Notes: a model not told the origin generated them from the sequence alone. 64,000 nt of DNA from an uncultured Bacillales bacterium (GCA_947564265.1 CANOBK010000003.1:24331-88330); one strand, 5' to 3'; positions 45,936 to 55,866 are shown, counted from the first letter of the stretch. Made by a program: numbers and translations.

Positions 45936-46532
45936 ATGTATCCAGAAAGTTTAGAAAATTTAATAGAATGCTTTAAGTATTTACCTGGGATTGGTGAAAA
46001 AACAGCAGAGAGATTAGCTTTTTCAGTTATGGATATGTCAGAGGATAGGGTAGAACATTTTAAAGAAAGTATAGAATCATGCAAACAAAATATTCATTCA
46101 TGTCCTATTTGTAATGTTTTAACTGATTTAGAAAAATGTAATATTTGCCAGAATGAATTAAGAAATGATTCCTTACTCTGTGTAGTAGAAGATCCTAAAT
46201 ATGTTTTTCTATTTGAAAAGCTAGGAATGTTTAAGGGAAGATATCATGTATTAAATGGCTTGATTTCTCCAAAAGAAGGTGTCAATCCAGAAGATATTGA
46301 TCTAGGTAAGTTGATAGAAAGAATTAAAAATTCAAATTTTAAAGAAATTATTTTAGCATTTCGTCCGAGTATTGAGGGTGAGACTACCTCTCTTTATATT
46401 AAAAGAATTTTAGGTGACTTAGATCTTAAAATTTCTAAGATTGCCAGTGGAATTCCGATTGGTGCTGATATGGAGTATATCGATGCCATGACATTGGAGA
46501 GAGCATTGCTTGACCGTAAAAATGTAGAATAA
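45936..46532 (+). CDS. recR: recombination protein RecR
   Basis: Start set at MYPESLENLIECFKYLPGIGEKTAERLAF (ATG 45936, 1 nt after the ybaB stop). Cys4 finger CPICNVLTDLEKCNIC and a Toprim domain. Confidence 0.95.
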   Translation: MYPESLENLIECFKYLPGIGEKTAERLAFSVMDMSEDRVEHFKESIESCKQNIHSCPICNVLTDLEKCNICQNELRNDSLLCVVEDPKYVFLFEKLGMFKGRYHVLNGLISPKEGVNPEDIDLGKLIERIKNSNFKEIILAFRPSIEGETTSLYIKRILGDLDLKISKIASGIPIGADMEYIDAMTLERALLDRKNVE

Positions 46533-46570
46533 ATTATATTATTTACCATATTTTTTAATAGGTGATAATA

Positions 46571-46756
46571 ATGAAAAAAGTGATTCAGTATTCAAAACGT
46601 TTGATTCTTAGTTTTTTTGTACTTTATGGTTTTAATATGATTGCAGCAAATTTCAGTATCCTTATACCTATTAATATATTAACGATTACTTTAACTTCAT
46701 TTTTAGGGTTTCCTGCATTATTTTCTTTGGTCTTACTATATGTATTTCTTCGCTAG
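46571..46756 (+). CDS. bofA: BofA-like (pro-sigmaK processing inhibitor) small membrane protein
   Basis: 61 aa from ATG 46571 (AGGTGA RBS). ..LIPINILTITLTSFLGFPALFSLVLL.. resembles B. subtilis BofA ..HVPINLVTTAISGILGIPGIAALVVI.. and holds the same position after recR. Confidence 0.6.
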   Translation: MKKVIQYSKRLILSFFVLYGFNMIAANFSILIPINILTITLTSFLGFPALFSLVLLYVFLR

Positions 46757-46767
46757 GAGGTGATTGG

Positions 46768-47643
46768 ATGTTAGATTCTTTTGTAGAAGAGCAGCCTTAT
46801 TTTGTGGATGGGATAAAAAAATTAGTTTGTAAAAATAGAATTTCTCATGCCTATCTAATTGAAACACGAAATTATCAGAATGCAAATTCTGTAATTTTAT
46901 CTTTTGCAAAATATTTATATTGTCCAAATCATCTATCTCCATCTGATACCTGTGAAGAGTGTAATTTATGTTCTTTAATTGATCAAAATGCAAATGGTGA
47001 CTTTCTTCAAGTATACCCAGATGGTGCTTTAATAAAAAAGAAGCAAATTCTTGAGATTAAAGAAAAATTTATGACAAAACCACTAAGTGAACAATCAAGG
47101 CGTGTTTATATCATATATAATGCAGACAAGTTGAATAAAGAAGCTGCCAATTCATTGTTGAAATTTCTAGAAGAGCCTGAAGATAATATTGTAGCGATTT
47201 TAGTAACAGAAAATCGATATCAGGTAATTGATACGATTCGAAGTAGATGTCAAATATTTTCCTTAATGAATCATGATATAGAAATTACATTTTCAAATCT
47301 AGAACTTACTCATAAAATTATAAAATGTTTAGAGGAAAAGAAAATTCAATCAATTTCTTATCTTCCCATGATATTAGAAAATCAATATTATAATAGAGAG
47401 CAATGGATCGGAATTCTTACAGAAATACAGTATATCTATGAACAATCAATCCGAAAATTAGAAAATGCCTCCTTTTCCTTAGAAATCGAATCAATTATAG
47501 ATGAAATTTTAGAAAATAATACGGAGCAATCTTTATTACATAAGATAGAAACAATTCATAATCAATTAAAAAATTTAGAATACAATTTGAACATTAGTTT
47601 GATGTTGGATGATTTTGTTATTAAATTTTTTACAATAGAATGA
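46768..47643 (+). CDS. holB: DNA polymerase III delta' subunit
   Basis: 291 aa. ..ISHAYLIE.., Cys cluster CEECNLC, ..LLKFLEEPEDNIVAILVTEN..IRSRCQ. Confidence 0.9.
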   Translation: MLDSFVEEQPYFVDGIKKLVCKNRISHAYLIETRNYQNANSVILSFAKYLYCPNHLSPSDTCEECNLCSLIDQNANGDFLQVYPDGALIKKKQILEIKEKFMTKPLSEQSRRVYIIYNADKLNKEAANSLLKFLEEPEDNIVAILVTENRYQVIDTIRSRCQIFSLMNHDIEITFSNLELTHKIIKCLEEKKIQSISYLPMILENQYYNREQWIGILTEIQYIYEQSIRKLENASFSLEIESIIDEILENNTEQSLLHKIETIHNQLKNLEYNLNISLMLDDFVIKFFTIE

Positions 47644-47657
47644 TAGGTGGTGATATT

Positions 47658-48452
47658 ATGATTACAGTAGCAGTTGTTCACTTCAAAAAGAATACGAAAA
47701 AATATTATTTTAATGTTAATAATTTGGACTTAAAAAGTGGACAAGATGTAATTGTGGAAACGGAAAAGGGATTACAATATGGACAAGTTATCTCTATTAA
47801 AAAACTTTCTGAAAAAGATCTTGGGTTGCCTCTAAAAAATGTAGTTCGAATCGCAACTGAAAAAGATAAGAAACAATATGAGAAAAACTTGAATGATGCA
47901 AATAAGGCTCTTGAAATTGCGAGGAAAAAGGTAGCTGAACTAAAATTAAATATGCGAATTATTGATGCTAGATTTACTTTTGATCGTGGCCAATTACTTT
48001 TTAATTTTTTAGCAGATGAACGAATTGATTTCAGAGAACTGGCAAAAAAATTAGCACAAATTTATCATACTAGGATTGAACTTCGTCAGATTGGTGTTAG
48101 AGATAAAGCAAAAGATATTGGTGGCTTAGGTCCTTGTGGAAGATTTTTATGTTGTAGTACCTTTTTAACAGACTTTAATAGTGTATCGATTAATATGGCT
48201 AAGAATCAGATGTTGGCATTAAATCCATCTAAAATAAATGGCGTTTGTGGAAGACTACTTTGTTGTTTAAAATATGAGGATGAAACTTATAACCAATTAA
48301 AAAAGAGTCTTCCGAAGGTAGGATCAATTTATAAAAATGGTGATACTGTAGGAAAAATAGTTTCTCTAAATGTCTTTAAAAAGACTGCAATTATTGAAGT
48401 AAAGAATCATGTTCAAGTAGAGGTTGATTTAAACAATGGAAGTACTGAATGA
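47658..48452 (+). CDS. ricT: PSP1-domain protein RicT/YaaT
   Basis: Start set at MITVAVVHF (GGTGGTGA RBS). ..RIELRQIGVRDKAKDIGGLGPCGRFLCCSTFL.. and ..CGRLLCCLKYE.. Cys motifs. Confidence 0.92.
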   Translation: MITVAVVHFKKNTKKYYFNVNNLDLKSGQDVIVETEKGLQYGQVISIKKLSEKDLGLPLKNVVRIATEKDKKQYEKNLNDANKALEIARKKVAELKLNMRIIDARFTFDRGQLLFNFLADERIDFRELAKKLAQIYHTRIELRQIGVRDKAKDIGGLGPCGRFLCCSTFLTDFNSVSINMAKNQMLALNPSKINGVCGRLLCCLKYEDETYNQLKKSLPKVGSIYKNGDTVGKIVSLNVFKKTAIIEVKNHVQVEVDLNNGSTE

Positions 48453-49155
48453 TTTAGTAAACTATCATAACCTGAAAATCTATCAAAATACAGATTGGTT
48501 TTTATTCTCATTAGATTCGGTTTTATTGCCGAATTTTGTAACTTTAAATAAAAATATAAAAACGATTATGGATTTAGGAACGGGAAATGCACCTATTCCC
48601 TTAATACTATCTACAAAAACAAAAGCCAAGATTATAGGAATTGAAATCCAAAAAGATGTTTATGAGCTAGCTAGAAAAACAATAGAGTACAATTCTCTCC
48701 AACACCGAATAGAATTATATAATCTTGATATTAGAGAATTGAATAATCATTTCAAAGGAGATTCAGTAGATATTATTACTTGTAATCCTCCTTATTTTAA
48801 AGTAGAGAAAGAGAGTAATTTAAATGAAAATCCACATAAAATAATAGCACGCCACGAAATAAGTTTAACTTTGGAAGATGTATTAAAAACATCGAGATAT
48901 CTTTTAAAAAATAATGGTGTTTTAGCATTAGTTCATCGAACAGATCGCTTTTTAGATATTTTAAGATTATGTTCTAAATATGGATTAGAAGTAAAAAAAA
49001 TAAGATTTATTTATCCAAAGGTAGATTCAGAATCTAATATGATTTTAGTAGAGGCTAGAAAAAATGGAGGAGTAGGCTTAAAGGTATTACCACCGCTTTA
49101 TGTTCATGAAGAAAATGGAGATTATACGGAAGAAGTATTAGAAATGTTCCAATAA
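48436..49155 (+). CDS. tRNA (adenine37-N6)-methyltransferase TrmN6/YabB-like
   Basis: 239 aa. SAM motif MDLGTGNAPIPL and catalytic CNPPYF. Confidence 0.85.
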   Translation: MEVLNDLVNYHNLKIYQNTDWFLFSLDSVLLPNFVTLNKNIKTIMDLGTGNAPIPLILSTKTKAKIIGIEIQKDVYELARKTIEYNSLQHRIELYNLDIRELNNHFKGDSVDIITCNPPYFKVEKESNLNENPHKIIARHEISLTLEDVLKTSRYLLKNNGVLALVHRTDRFLDILRLCSKYGLEVKKIRFIYPKVDSESNMILVEARKNGGVGLKVLPPLYVHEENGDYTEEVLEMFQ

Positions 49156-49172
49156 TATAAAGGAGAAATGTT

Positions 49173-49709
49173 ATGTTTTATTCTAGGGTTCTTTTAAAAA
49201 ATGAAAATAAAATTAGAGAATATCTAAGGAAAAATCAGTATCAGAAAGTCAGTGATTTTGCTTTTTATGATTTAGTTTATATCAATAAGAATGGTAGTTC
49301 TATCACTGATGATACTTTAAAAGTTAGAGTTTATCAACATAATGAGTGGAAAAACAAGAATATCTTAGTAATACTTAAAAGAGCAATTTTTACTGGTAAT
49401 CAAAAAGAAGATAAAGTTTTGTTGAGGGAAGAATTTGATGATTTAGAAAGTGCCATGAAATTCGTTCAAGAAAATTATGAAAGTGAATACGATTTTTCTT
49501 TTAAATTAGAGAAAACTGGTGTACAATATCAAACGGAAATGGCGACTATTTGGTTAGAAGATATTGTAGATTTAGGAGTCAGTGCAGAAATTGGCTCTGA
49601 GTATCCAGAAGTTATTGATCAAGTTATTCAACAATTAGATATCATAGAAAAACTAGAAGTTTCTATTCCTGAATATATGTATCAAAATATTGTGAACCGC
49701 AAAAGATAA
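49173..49709 (+). CDS. hypothetical protein (178 aa)
   Basis: Long ORF between trmN6 and rsmI. It has only a weak CYTH-like feel (..IWLEDIVDLGVSAEI..) and lacks an ExExK motif, so it is left unassigned. Confidence 0.65.
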   Translation: MFYSRVLLKNENKIREYLRKNQYQKVSDFAFYDLVYINKNGSSITDDTLKVRVYQHNEWKNKNILVILKRAIFTGNQKEDKVLLREEFDDLESAMKFVQENYESEYDFSFKLEKTGVQYQTEMATIWLEDIVDLGVSAEIGSEYPEVIDQVIQQLDIIEKLEVSIPEYMYQNIVNRKR

Positions 49710-49735
49710 TCTTTATTATAGTAAGGTGGGATAGC

Positions 49736-50575
49736 ATGAGACAAAAAAGTTACGATAATAGTCCAAGTCTATATTTAATACCGACACCTGTAGGGAATAT
49801 GGAAGATATTACATTACGCGCAGTTAATACACTAAAGATGGTTGATTTATTACTGTGTGAGGATACTAGAATTACTTCAGAATTACTTCATCATTTGGGT
49901 ATTAAAAAGAAGCTAATTCACTCAGATGATCACACGGAAGACTCTTTAAAAGAGATGGTATTATGTAAACTTCAAGAGGGCTTAAATATTGGATTAGTAA
50001 CGGATCGTGGCACTCCAATTATTAGTGACCCTGGATATCGTATCGTCGAGTATATAAGTAGACATGGATATAATGTGATTAGTCTTCCAGGTCCTACTGC
50101 TTTTGTTCCTGCACTTACGATGTCTGGAATTCATCCGTCTCCTTTTTTGTTTTATGGATTTCTAAATAGTAAAACATCTAAACGAGAAAAGGAGTTGGAG
50201 TCTTTAAAAAAGCTTACTTTTACTATTATTTTTTACGAGGCACCTCATCGTATTCATGATATGCTTACATCATTACTCAAAGTATTTGGAAATCGAAATA
50301 TAGCATTATGTAGAGAGATTAGTAAAAGATACGAGGAAGCGATTCGAGGTACTGTTGAAGAAGTTTTACAAATTGCTGATTCATTAAAAGGAGAAATGGT
50401 AGTTGTAGTAGAAGGTAATTTAGTTCAAGAAGATTTTTCAAGTATGACCATTCTAGAACATATTGCATTATACTTAGAAGATGGAATGACAGAGAAGGAA
50501 GCAATTAAAAAAGTAGCTGTGGAAAGAGATATTCCAAAGTCAATTGTTTATAAAGAATATCATACGGAAAAGTAA
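49736..50575 (+). CDS. rsmI: 16S rRNA (cytidine1402-2'-O)-methyltransferase RsmI
   Basis: 279 aa. ..LYLIPTPVGNMEDITLRAV..LLCEDTR.., ..FYEAPHR.. Confidence 0.93.
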   Translation: MRQKSYDNSPSLYLIPTPVGNMEDITLRAVNTLKMVDLLLCEDTRITSELLHHLGIKKKLIHSDDHTEDSLKEMVLCKLQEGLNIGLVTDRGTPIISDPGYRIVEYISRHGYNVISLPGPTAFVPALTMSGIHPSPFLFYGFLNSKTSKREKELESLKKLTFTIIFYEAPHRIHDMLTSLLKVFGNRNIALCREISKRYEEAIRGTVEEVLQIADSLKGEMVVVVEGNLVQEDFSSMTILEHIALYLEDGMTEKEAIKKVAVERDIPKSIVYKEYHTEK

Positions 50576-50599
50576 AAATTATTTCCCGGGAAATAATTT
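50576..50599. promoter_or_regulatory. Noc-binding site (NBS) palindrome, copy 4
   Basis: Identical 24-mer beginning 1 nt after the rsmI stop codon, core 50580-50595. Confidence 0.75.
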
Positions 50600-50656
50600 A
50601 TTGTGTGACTAAGGTTTTATATTAGGTACAAAAATCAATATGTAGGGGGTAAATAT

Positions 50657-50995
50657 ATGAGTTTTTTTAGTGCATATAGATATAATGCATTTAATCCGCA
50701 TGGACTTAGAATAGGAATCACTAAAGATTGGAATTCAAATTTGATTCGAGAAGAAGAACTAGATATTAATGGAGGTGATTACATGGGACAAAAAGTAAAC
50801 CCACATAGTTTAAGAGTGGGGGTTATAAGAGATTTCGATTCTAAATGGTATCCAGAAAGTACAGGAGATACTCTTTATATTTCAGAAGATTTGATTCATC
50901 ACAGTTTAGAACATCGTAGGATTCATTTAGTGAAATTACTAGGGAAAAAGAAATACAGAAAAACTGTGAATAAAGTAAAAACTTTAAGTAGGTGA
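50657..50995 (+). CDS. small protein with two tandem ribosomal-protein-S3 N-terminal-like motifs
   Basis: 112 aa. Residues 13-29 NPHGLRIGITKDWNSNL and residues 43-66 MGQKVNPHSLRVGVIRDFDSKWYP both mimic the S3 N-terminus (MGQKVNP.GLR.G...DW.SKWYA). Strong RBSs precede both ATG 50657 (GGGGGT) and the internal ATG 50783 (GGAGGTGA). Confidence 0.55.
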   Translation: MSFFSAYRYNAFNPHGLRIGITKDWNSNLIREEELDINGGDYMGQKVNPHSLRVGVIRDFDSKWYPESTGDTLYISEDLIHHSLEHRRIHLVKLLGKKKYRKTVNKVKTLSR

Positions 50996-50999
50996 TAGA

Positions 51000-51584
51000 A
51001 TGAAATTAATTGTTGGATTAGGAAATCCAGGAAAAGAATATGAAAATACAAGACATAATATTGGTTTTCAAACAATTGATCTTTTTGCACAAAAACTGGG
51101 GATAACTATTTCTAAATCAAAATTTAATGGCCTTTATGTGGAAACCTTGATTCATGGAGAAAAAGTGATTCTACTAAAACCACAATCTTATATCAATCTA
51201 AGTGGAGAAGTTATTCACAAATTTGTGGATTTCTATAAAATAGCAATTCCTGATCTTTTAATTATCCACGATGATTTAGATTTAGAGGTTGGGTCTTTTA
51301 AGATAAAGAAAAAGGGTTCCAGTGGAGGTCATAATGGATTAAAAAATATAGAGCTTCATTTAGGAACCCAAGAATACTGTCGAATTAAAATTGGAATTTC
51401 TAATAATAAAAACATAGATACGAAGGATTACGTATTAGGAAAAATATCAAATTCTGAGAAAGAATTATTAAATCAAGTAAAGGAAAAAGTACTCTTAATA
51501 CTTGAAGATTACTTTCATATGAGTTTTGATAATCTAATGAATCAATACAATACAAAAATGAAGAAGGGAACGATCGATGCTTAA
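51000..51584 (+). CDS. pth: peptidyl-tRNA hydrolase
   Basis: 194 aa. MKLIVGLGNPGKEYENTRHNIGF.., ..GSSGGHNGLKNI.. Confidence 0.96.
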   Translation: MKLIVGLGNPGKEYENTRHNIGFQTIDLFAQKLGITISKSKFNGLYVETLIHGEKVILLKPQSYINLSGEVIHKFVDFYKIAIPDLLIIHDDLDLEVGSFKIKKKGSSGGHNGLKNIELHLGTQEYCRIKIGISNNKNIDTKDYVLGKISNSEKELLNQVKEKVLLILEDYFHMSFDNLMNQYNTKMKKGTIDA

Positions 51585-54500
51585 TAATTGTTTTCAAATA
51601 AATAAGATTCATAATATCGCACTGGCTGGTTTAACAAACGAGCTTTTTTCTGTTTATATTCATCAACTTTGGAATTATCACGAAGAATCTATTTTAATTG
51701 TAACTCCTTCTTTATATGAAGCAAATCAAATTTATGAAAGTTTAAGTAACTATAATTCCTGTGTTAACTTGTTTCCTATGGATGACTTTCTAACAAGTGA
51801 GGCAATTGCGGTAAGTCCAGATTTAATGGTGAATCGATTAGAGACACTTAACTCAATTCTAAAAAATAAAAAGAATATTGTTGTTACTAACTTAATGGGA
51901 TATCTTCGTTTCCTTCCAACAAAAAAAGTTTATCAACAGAGTCATTTTACCTTTTCTATCGATGATGAAATAGAACCTAAAAAACTAGTAGAAAATCTTT
52001 ATCATATCGGTTATACAAAAGAATCTATCGTTACAAAGACAGGGGAGTTCTCTGTTCGTGGTTTTGTAATTGATGTTTTCCCTTTAGGATTGGATCATCC
52101 TGTTCGTTTTGAATTCTTTGGAGATAGTATTGAATCGATCCGTTCTTTTGACGAAGATACACAAAAGTCTTTAGAAAGTTTAAAATCAGTAAATATCGAT
52201 CCTTATACAGAATTTATTTTAGAAAATTATCCTGAAGAGTATGAGCCAAAGCAAAAGCATCTTTTAAAATTATCTGATTCTATTTCAAATATCTATCAAT
52301 ATTTAAATCCAGCGATTGTGGTTTATAAAGATTATCCTCAACTTGAAAAGAGTTATGAATTACTGGTAAAAGAAATATTTGAATATCAGCAGGAGAAAGA
52401 TTCAGGCTTTAAGTCAAAGTATATGTTTGAATTATCTGAAATAGATCCATCGAATCAAATTCATTATTTAACCATTGATAATCTTCTACAAGATAAAAAT
52501 ATAGAAGTAATTCATTATGATAGTAAAGAACTGCTTCCTTTTAATGAAAATATAGAACTAATCAATAGCTTCCTAAAAGATCAATTGTATTTAAATAAGA
52601 ATATTTGGATTTGTCTAAAAAAGCATCAAATCCGTACATTCACGAAAGAACTTCAAGTACCATATGTTTTAACAGACGAAGATCACTTCTATCCTGAAAA
52701 AGTAAATATTATAGAGAAGAGTATTGGAAAAGGATTTCTCTTTGGAAATTATGTTGTGATATCAGATTTAGATTTATTTCATAGTATGGCACCAAAGAAA
52801 AAATACAAAACAAAATTTAAATATGCTTCTAAAATTAAAGATATTAATAAATTAAATGTTGGAGATTATGTAGTTCATAATGTTCATGGAATTGGAGTCT
52901 ATAATGGGATTCATACAATTACGCAATTTGGCTTAATGAAAGATTATTTAGAAATTTTGTATGCAGGGAAAGACAAACTCTATATTCCTGTTGAAAAAAT
53001 TGATTTGATTAGTAAATTTTCTGGAAACGAAGGTGTCGTTCCTAAAGTTAATAAATTGGGTGGTTCTGATTGGAATAAGGTAAAAGCTCGAGTAAAAAAT
53101 AAAATTCACGATATTGCGGATAAATTAATTCGCTTATATGCAGAAAGGGAAATGAAACAGGGGTTTGCTTTTAGTCCTGATGGGGAATTTCAAGAATCTT
53201 TTGAGGAATCTTTTGAATATCAGGAGACAAAGGATCAGTTAATTGCGATTGATCAAATCAAGCATGATATGGAGTCATCTGTTCCGATGGACCGATTACT
53301 ATGTGGTGATGTAGGATACGGAAAGACAGAAGTAGCATTTCGTGCGATATTTAAAGCGGTAATGGATTCAAAACAGGTTCTTTATCTATGTCCAACAACG
53401 ATTCTTTCTAGTCAGCATTATCATAATGCCTTAAATCGTTTTTCTAGTTTTCCAGTTCGAATTGGTTTACTAAATCGTTTCACAACACAAAAAGAAAAAA
53501 AGAAAATCATTGACGGACTGAAAGATGGAAGTATCGATGTTGTAATTGGGACACACCGTTTGTTAAGTGATGATATCAAACCAAAGGATTTGGGATTATT
53601 AGTTATTGATGAAGAACAACGCTTTGGAGTAACTCATAAGGAGAAAATCAAGGAGTATAAAAGTAATGTTGATGTATTAACCTTAACAGCGACTCCTATT
53701 CCTAGAACACTTCAAATGTCTATGGTTGGAATCAGAAGTTTATCTTTGATTGAAACTCCTCCTGTAGATCGTTATCCTGTTCAAACTTATGTAATTGAAG
53801 AGAATAATCAAATTATGAAAGATGCGATTTATAAAGAACTTTCAAGAAATGGTCAGGTTTTTCTTCTTTATAATCGAGTAGAGACAATTGAGAAAAAAGC
53901 AATGGATATCCATCAATTAGTTCCTGAAGCAAGAATTATTTGTGCACATGGACAACTAAGTAAAGAGGAATTAGAAGACAGAATGGAATCTTTTATCAAC
54001 CATGAATACGATATTCTTTTATGTACAACCATTATCGAAACAGGGATTGATATTCCCAATGTGAATACTTTAATTGTTCTCAATGCAGACTGTTTTGGAC
54101 TTAGTCAGTTGTATCAGATTCGAGGACGTGTTGGGCGAAGCAACAAAATTGCTTACGCTTATCTAATGTACAATTCTCAGAAAATGCTCACAGAGACTGC
54201 CATTAAAAGGCTTAATGCGATTAAAGATTTTACCGAGCTTGGAAGTGGATTTTCCATTGCGACTAGAGATTTATCGATCCGTGGAGCAGGGGATATTTTA
54301 GGTAGTGAACAGGCAGGTTTTATTGATACTGTTGGAATTGACCTGTATTTAAAACTATTAAATGATGAAGTGGAAAAACTGAAGGGTAATCCAATCAAGG
54401 AAGAAGAGATTCAAAATGAGAAACCATTACTTGATGTATCTACGCATATTTCAGATACTTATACAGATGATGATAATCTAAAAATTGAAATTCATAGAAA

Positions 54501-54867
54501 GATTAATGAAATTGATTCTTATGAAAAACTTCAAGAAGTCAAAGCAGAAATTGAAGATCGTTTTGGAAAAGTGAATGAGGATATGCTGATTTACATGTAC
54601 GAAGAGTGGTTTGAAAAGATGGCAAAGTATTGGCAAATTGAAAAAATTCAGAAGACAAGAAATTCTTTGGAACTATACTTTAGTCCAGAAATGACAATGG
54701 AAATTGATGGAGAACAATTATTCTTAGATGCTTTTAAAATCACTCCAATGTTTCGTTTCAAGATGACTTCTTCCAGATTAGTTATTATTCTAGATATGAT
54801 TCAATTAGAAAAACACTATATTTATTATTTAATAGATCTTTTACAAGTATTAAAAAAGAAAAATTGA
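51577..54867 (+). CDS. mfd: transcription-repair coupling factor Mfd
   Basis: 1096 aa. CarD-like ..GDYVVHNVHGIGVY.., helicase motifs GDVGYGKTEVA, VIDEEQRFG, LTATPIPRTL, ..QLYQIRGRVGRS.. Confidence 0.97.
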   Translation: MLNNCFQINKIHNIALAGLTNELFSVYIHQLWNYHEESILIVTPSLYEANQIYESLSNYNSCVNLFPMDDFLTSEAIAVSPDLMVNRLETLNSILKNKKNIVVTNLMGYLRFLPTKKVYQQSHFTFSIDDEIEPKKLVENLYHIGYTKESIVTKTGEFSVRGFVIDVFPLGLDHPVRFEFFGDSIESIRSFDEDTQKSLESLKSVNIDPYTEFILENYPEEYEPKQKHLLKLSDSISNIYQYLNPAIVVYKDYPQLEKSYELLVKEIFEYQQEKDSGFKSKYMFELSEIDPSNQIHYLTIDNLLQDKNIEVIHYDSKELLPFNENIELINSFLKDQLYLNKNIWICLKKHQIRTFTKELQVPYVLTDEDHFYPEKVNIIEKSIGKGFLFGNYVVISDLDLFHSMAPKKKYKTKFKYASKIKDINKLNVGDYVVHNVHGIGVYNGIHTITQFGLMKDYLEILYAGKDKLYIPVEKIDLISKFSGNEGVVPKVNKLGGSDWNKVKARVKNKIHDIADKLIRLYAEREMKQGFAFSPDGEFQESFEESFEYQETKDQLIAIDQIKHDMESSVPMDRLLCGDVGYGKTEVAFRAIFKAVMDSKQVLYLCPTTILSSQHYHNALNRFSSFPVRIGLLNRFTTQKEKKKIIDGLKDGSIDVVIGTHRLLSDDIKPKDLGLLVIDEEQRFGVTHKEKIKEYKSNVDVLTLTATPIPRTLQMSMVGIRSLSLIETPPVDRYPVQTYVIEENNQIMKDAIYKELSRNGQVFLLYNRVETIEKKAMDIHQLVPEARIICAHGQLSKEELEDRMESFINHEYDILLCTTIIETGIDIPNVNTLIVLNADCFGLSQLYQIRGRVGRSNKIAYAYLMYNSQKMLTETAIKRLNAIKDFTELGSGFSIATRDLSIRGAGDILGSEQAGFIDTVGIDLYLKLLNDEVEKLKGNPIKEEEIQNEKPLLDVSTHISDTYTDDDNLKIEIHRKINEIDSYEKLQEVKAEIEDRFGKVNEDMLIYMYEEWFEKMAKYWQIEKIQKTRNSLELYFSPEMTMEIDGEQLFLDAFKITPMFRFKMTSSRLVIILDMIQLEKHYIYYLIDLLQVLKKKN

Positions 54868-54922
54868 TTTCTATTTAAAAAGTTGATATAATAAGAACCA
54901 CTTAAAAGGAGGGGATTTTATT

Positions 54923-55384
54923 ATGGTAGAATTACAAGTGCGACTTAAAAATCCCTCAATTATTTTAATGCCTATTACAGAAGAAGAAAAAGAATGTCTA
55001 GAGAAAAGGAGATTTGTTGGGAATGAAGCTATTTATGTTTTATATAAAATTCCTAATTGTGAAAGAGTATTTATTGGGATGATGGCTGCTTCTACTACTA
55101 CTTATTTTTCAGGAATTGCGAATGTTTGGAATTTACAATACGCAACGGAGAAGGCATACTTTTATAATGGTGGTTCTGAGCTTCAAAGAACGGCAGAGGA
55201 AATTACAGATCGACCAGTTTACCAAATTGAACCAACTGACGACCGTTTTGTAGATAATTATGCTATATTAAATGGAACTACAGAAAACGGATTTATGATT
55301 CCGTTAGATGATGTATTGGATGGAAAATTTCAAATTAAAGAGAAAGAATTACCAATTCAAAAATCTATAGATGTAAATTCATAA
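54923..55384 (+). CDS. hypothetical protein (153 aa)
   Basis: ORF with an AAAGGAGGGGA RBS. No recognised domain. Confidence 0.65.
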   Translation: MVELQVRLKNPSIILMPITEEEKECLEKRRFVGNEAIYVLYKIPNCERVFIGMMAASTTTYFSGIANVWNLQYATEKAYFYNGGSELQRTAEEITDRPVYQIEPTDDRFVDNYAILNGTTENGFMIPLDDVLDGKFQIKEKELPIQKSIDVNS

Positions 55385-55838
55385 TAGAAAAACATTTATA
55401 AAAAACTGTCCTATTTTTTGATAAAATTAATCAATTTACTTTATTACAAGGGTACTTATTATGATAGTTTTTTATCCAAAATAGTAAAAATATTATGTAA
55501 ACTTGTAGTGCTGAAAAAGGCCAAAAATTAAGGAAAAATCATCAATGTATAATTTATATTCGGTTTATATCAATAAGAAATAGATATACGAGATATCATG
55601 TATTTAATATTTGGTTATATTTAAATGGAGAAAATTAGCAAGAATGTGACCAAATAAGTGCAAAGAAAATCTATGAAGAATAAAACAAGAATTAGAGTGG
55701 ATATTTCTTTATAGATGGATCATTTCTAGCAAAAATTCTATTTTATTTATTACCTAAGAACTATAGTTTTATCATGAAATAATACTTAACTTTTTAAATT
55801 TTCTTGTTCATAATTATTATCTATTTAAAAAATAATCT

Positions 55839-55866
55839 TTGCATAAAAATGAAGTTGATATATAAT
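55839..55866 (+). promoter_or_regulatory. sigmaA-type promoter of def-like gene
   Basis: TTGCAT (55839-55844), 16-nt spacer, TATAAT (55861-55866). GGGAGGG RBS lies before ATG 55906. Confidence 0.55.
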
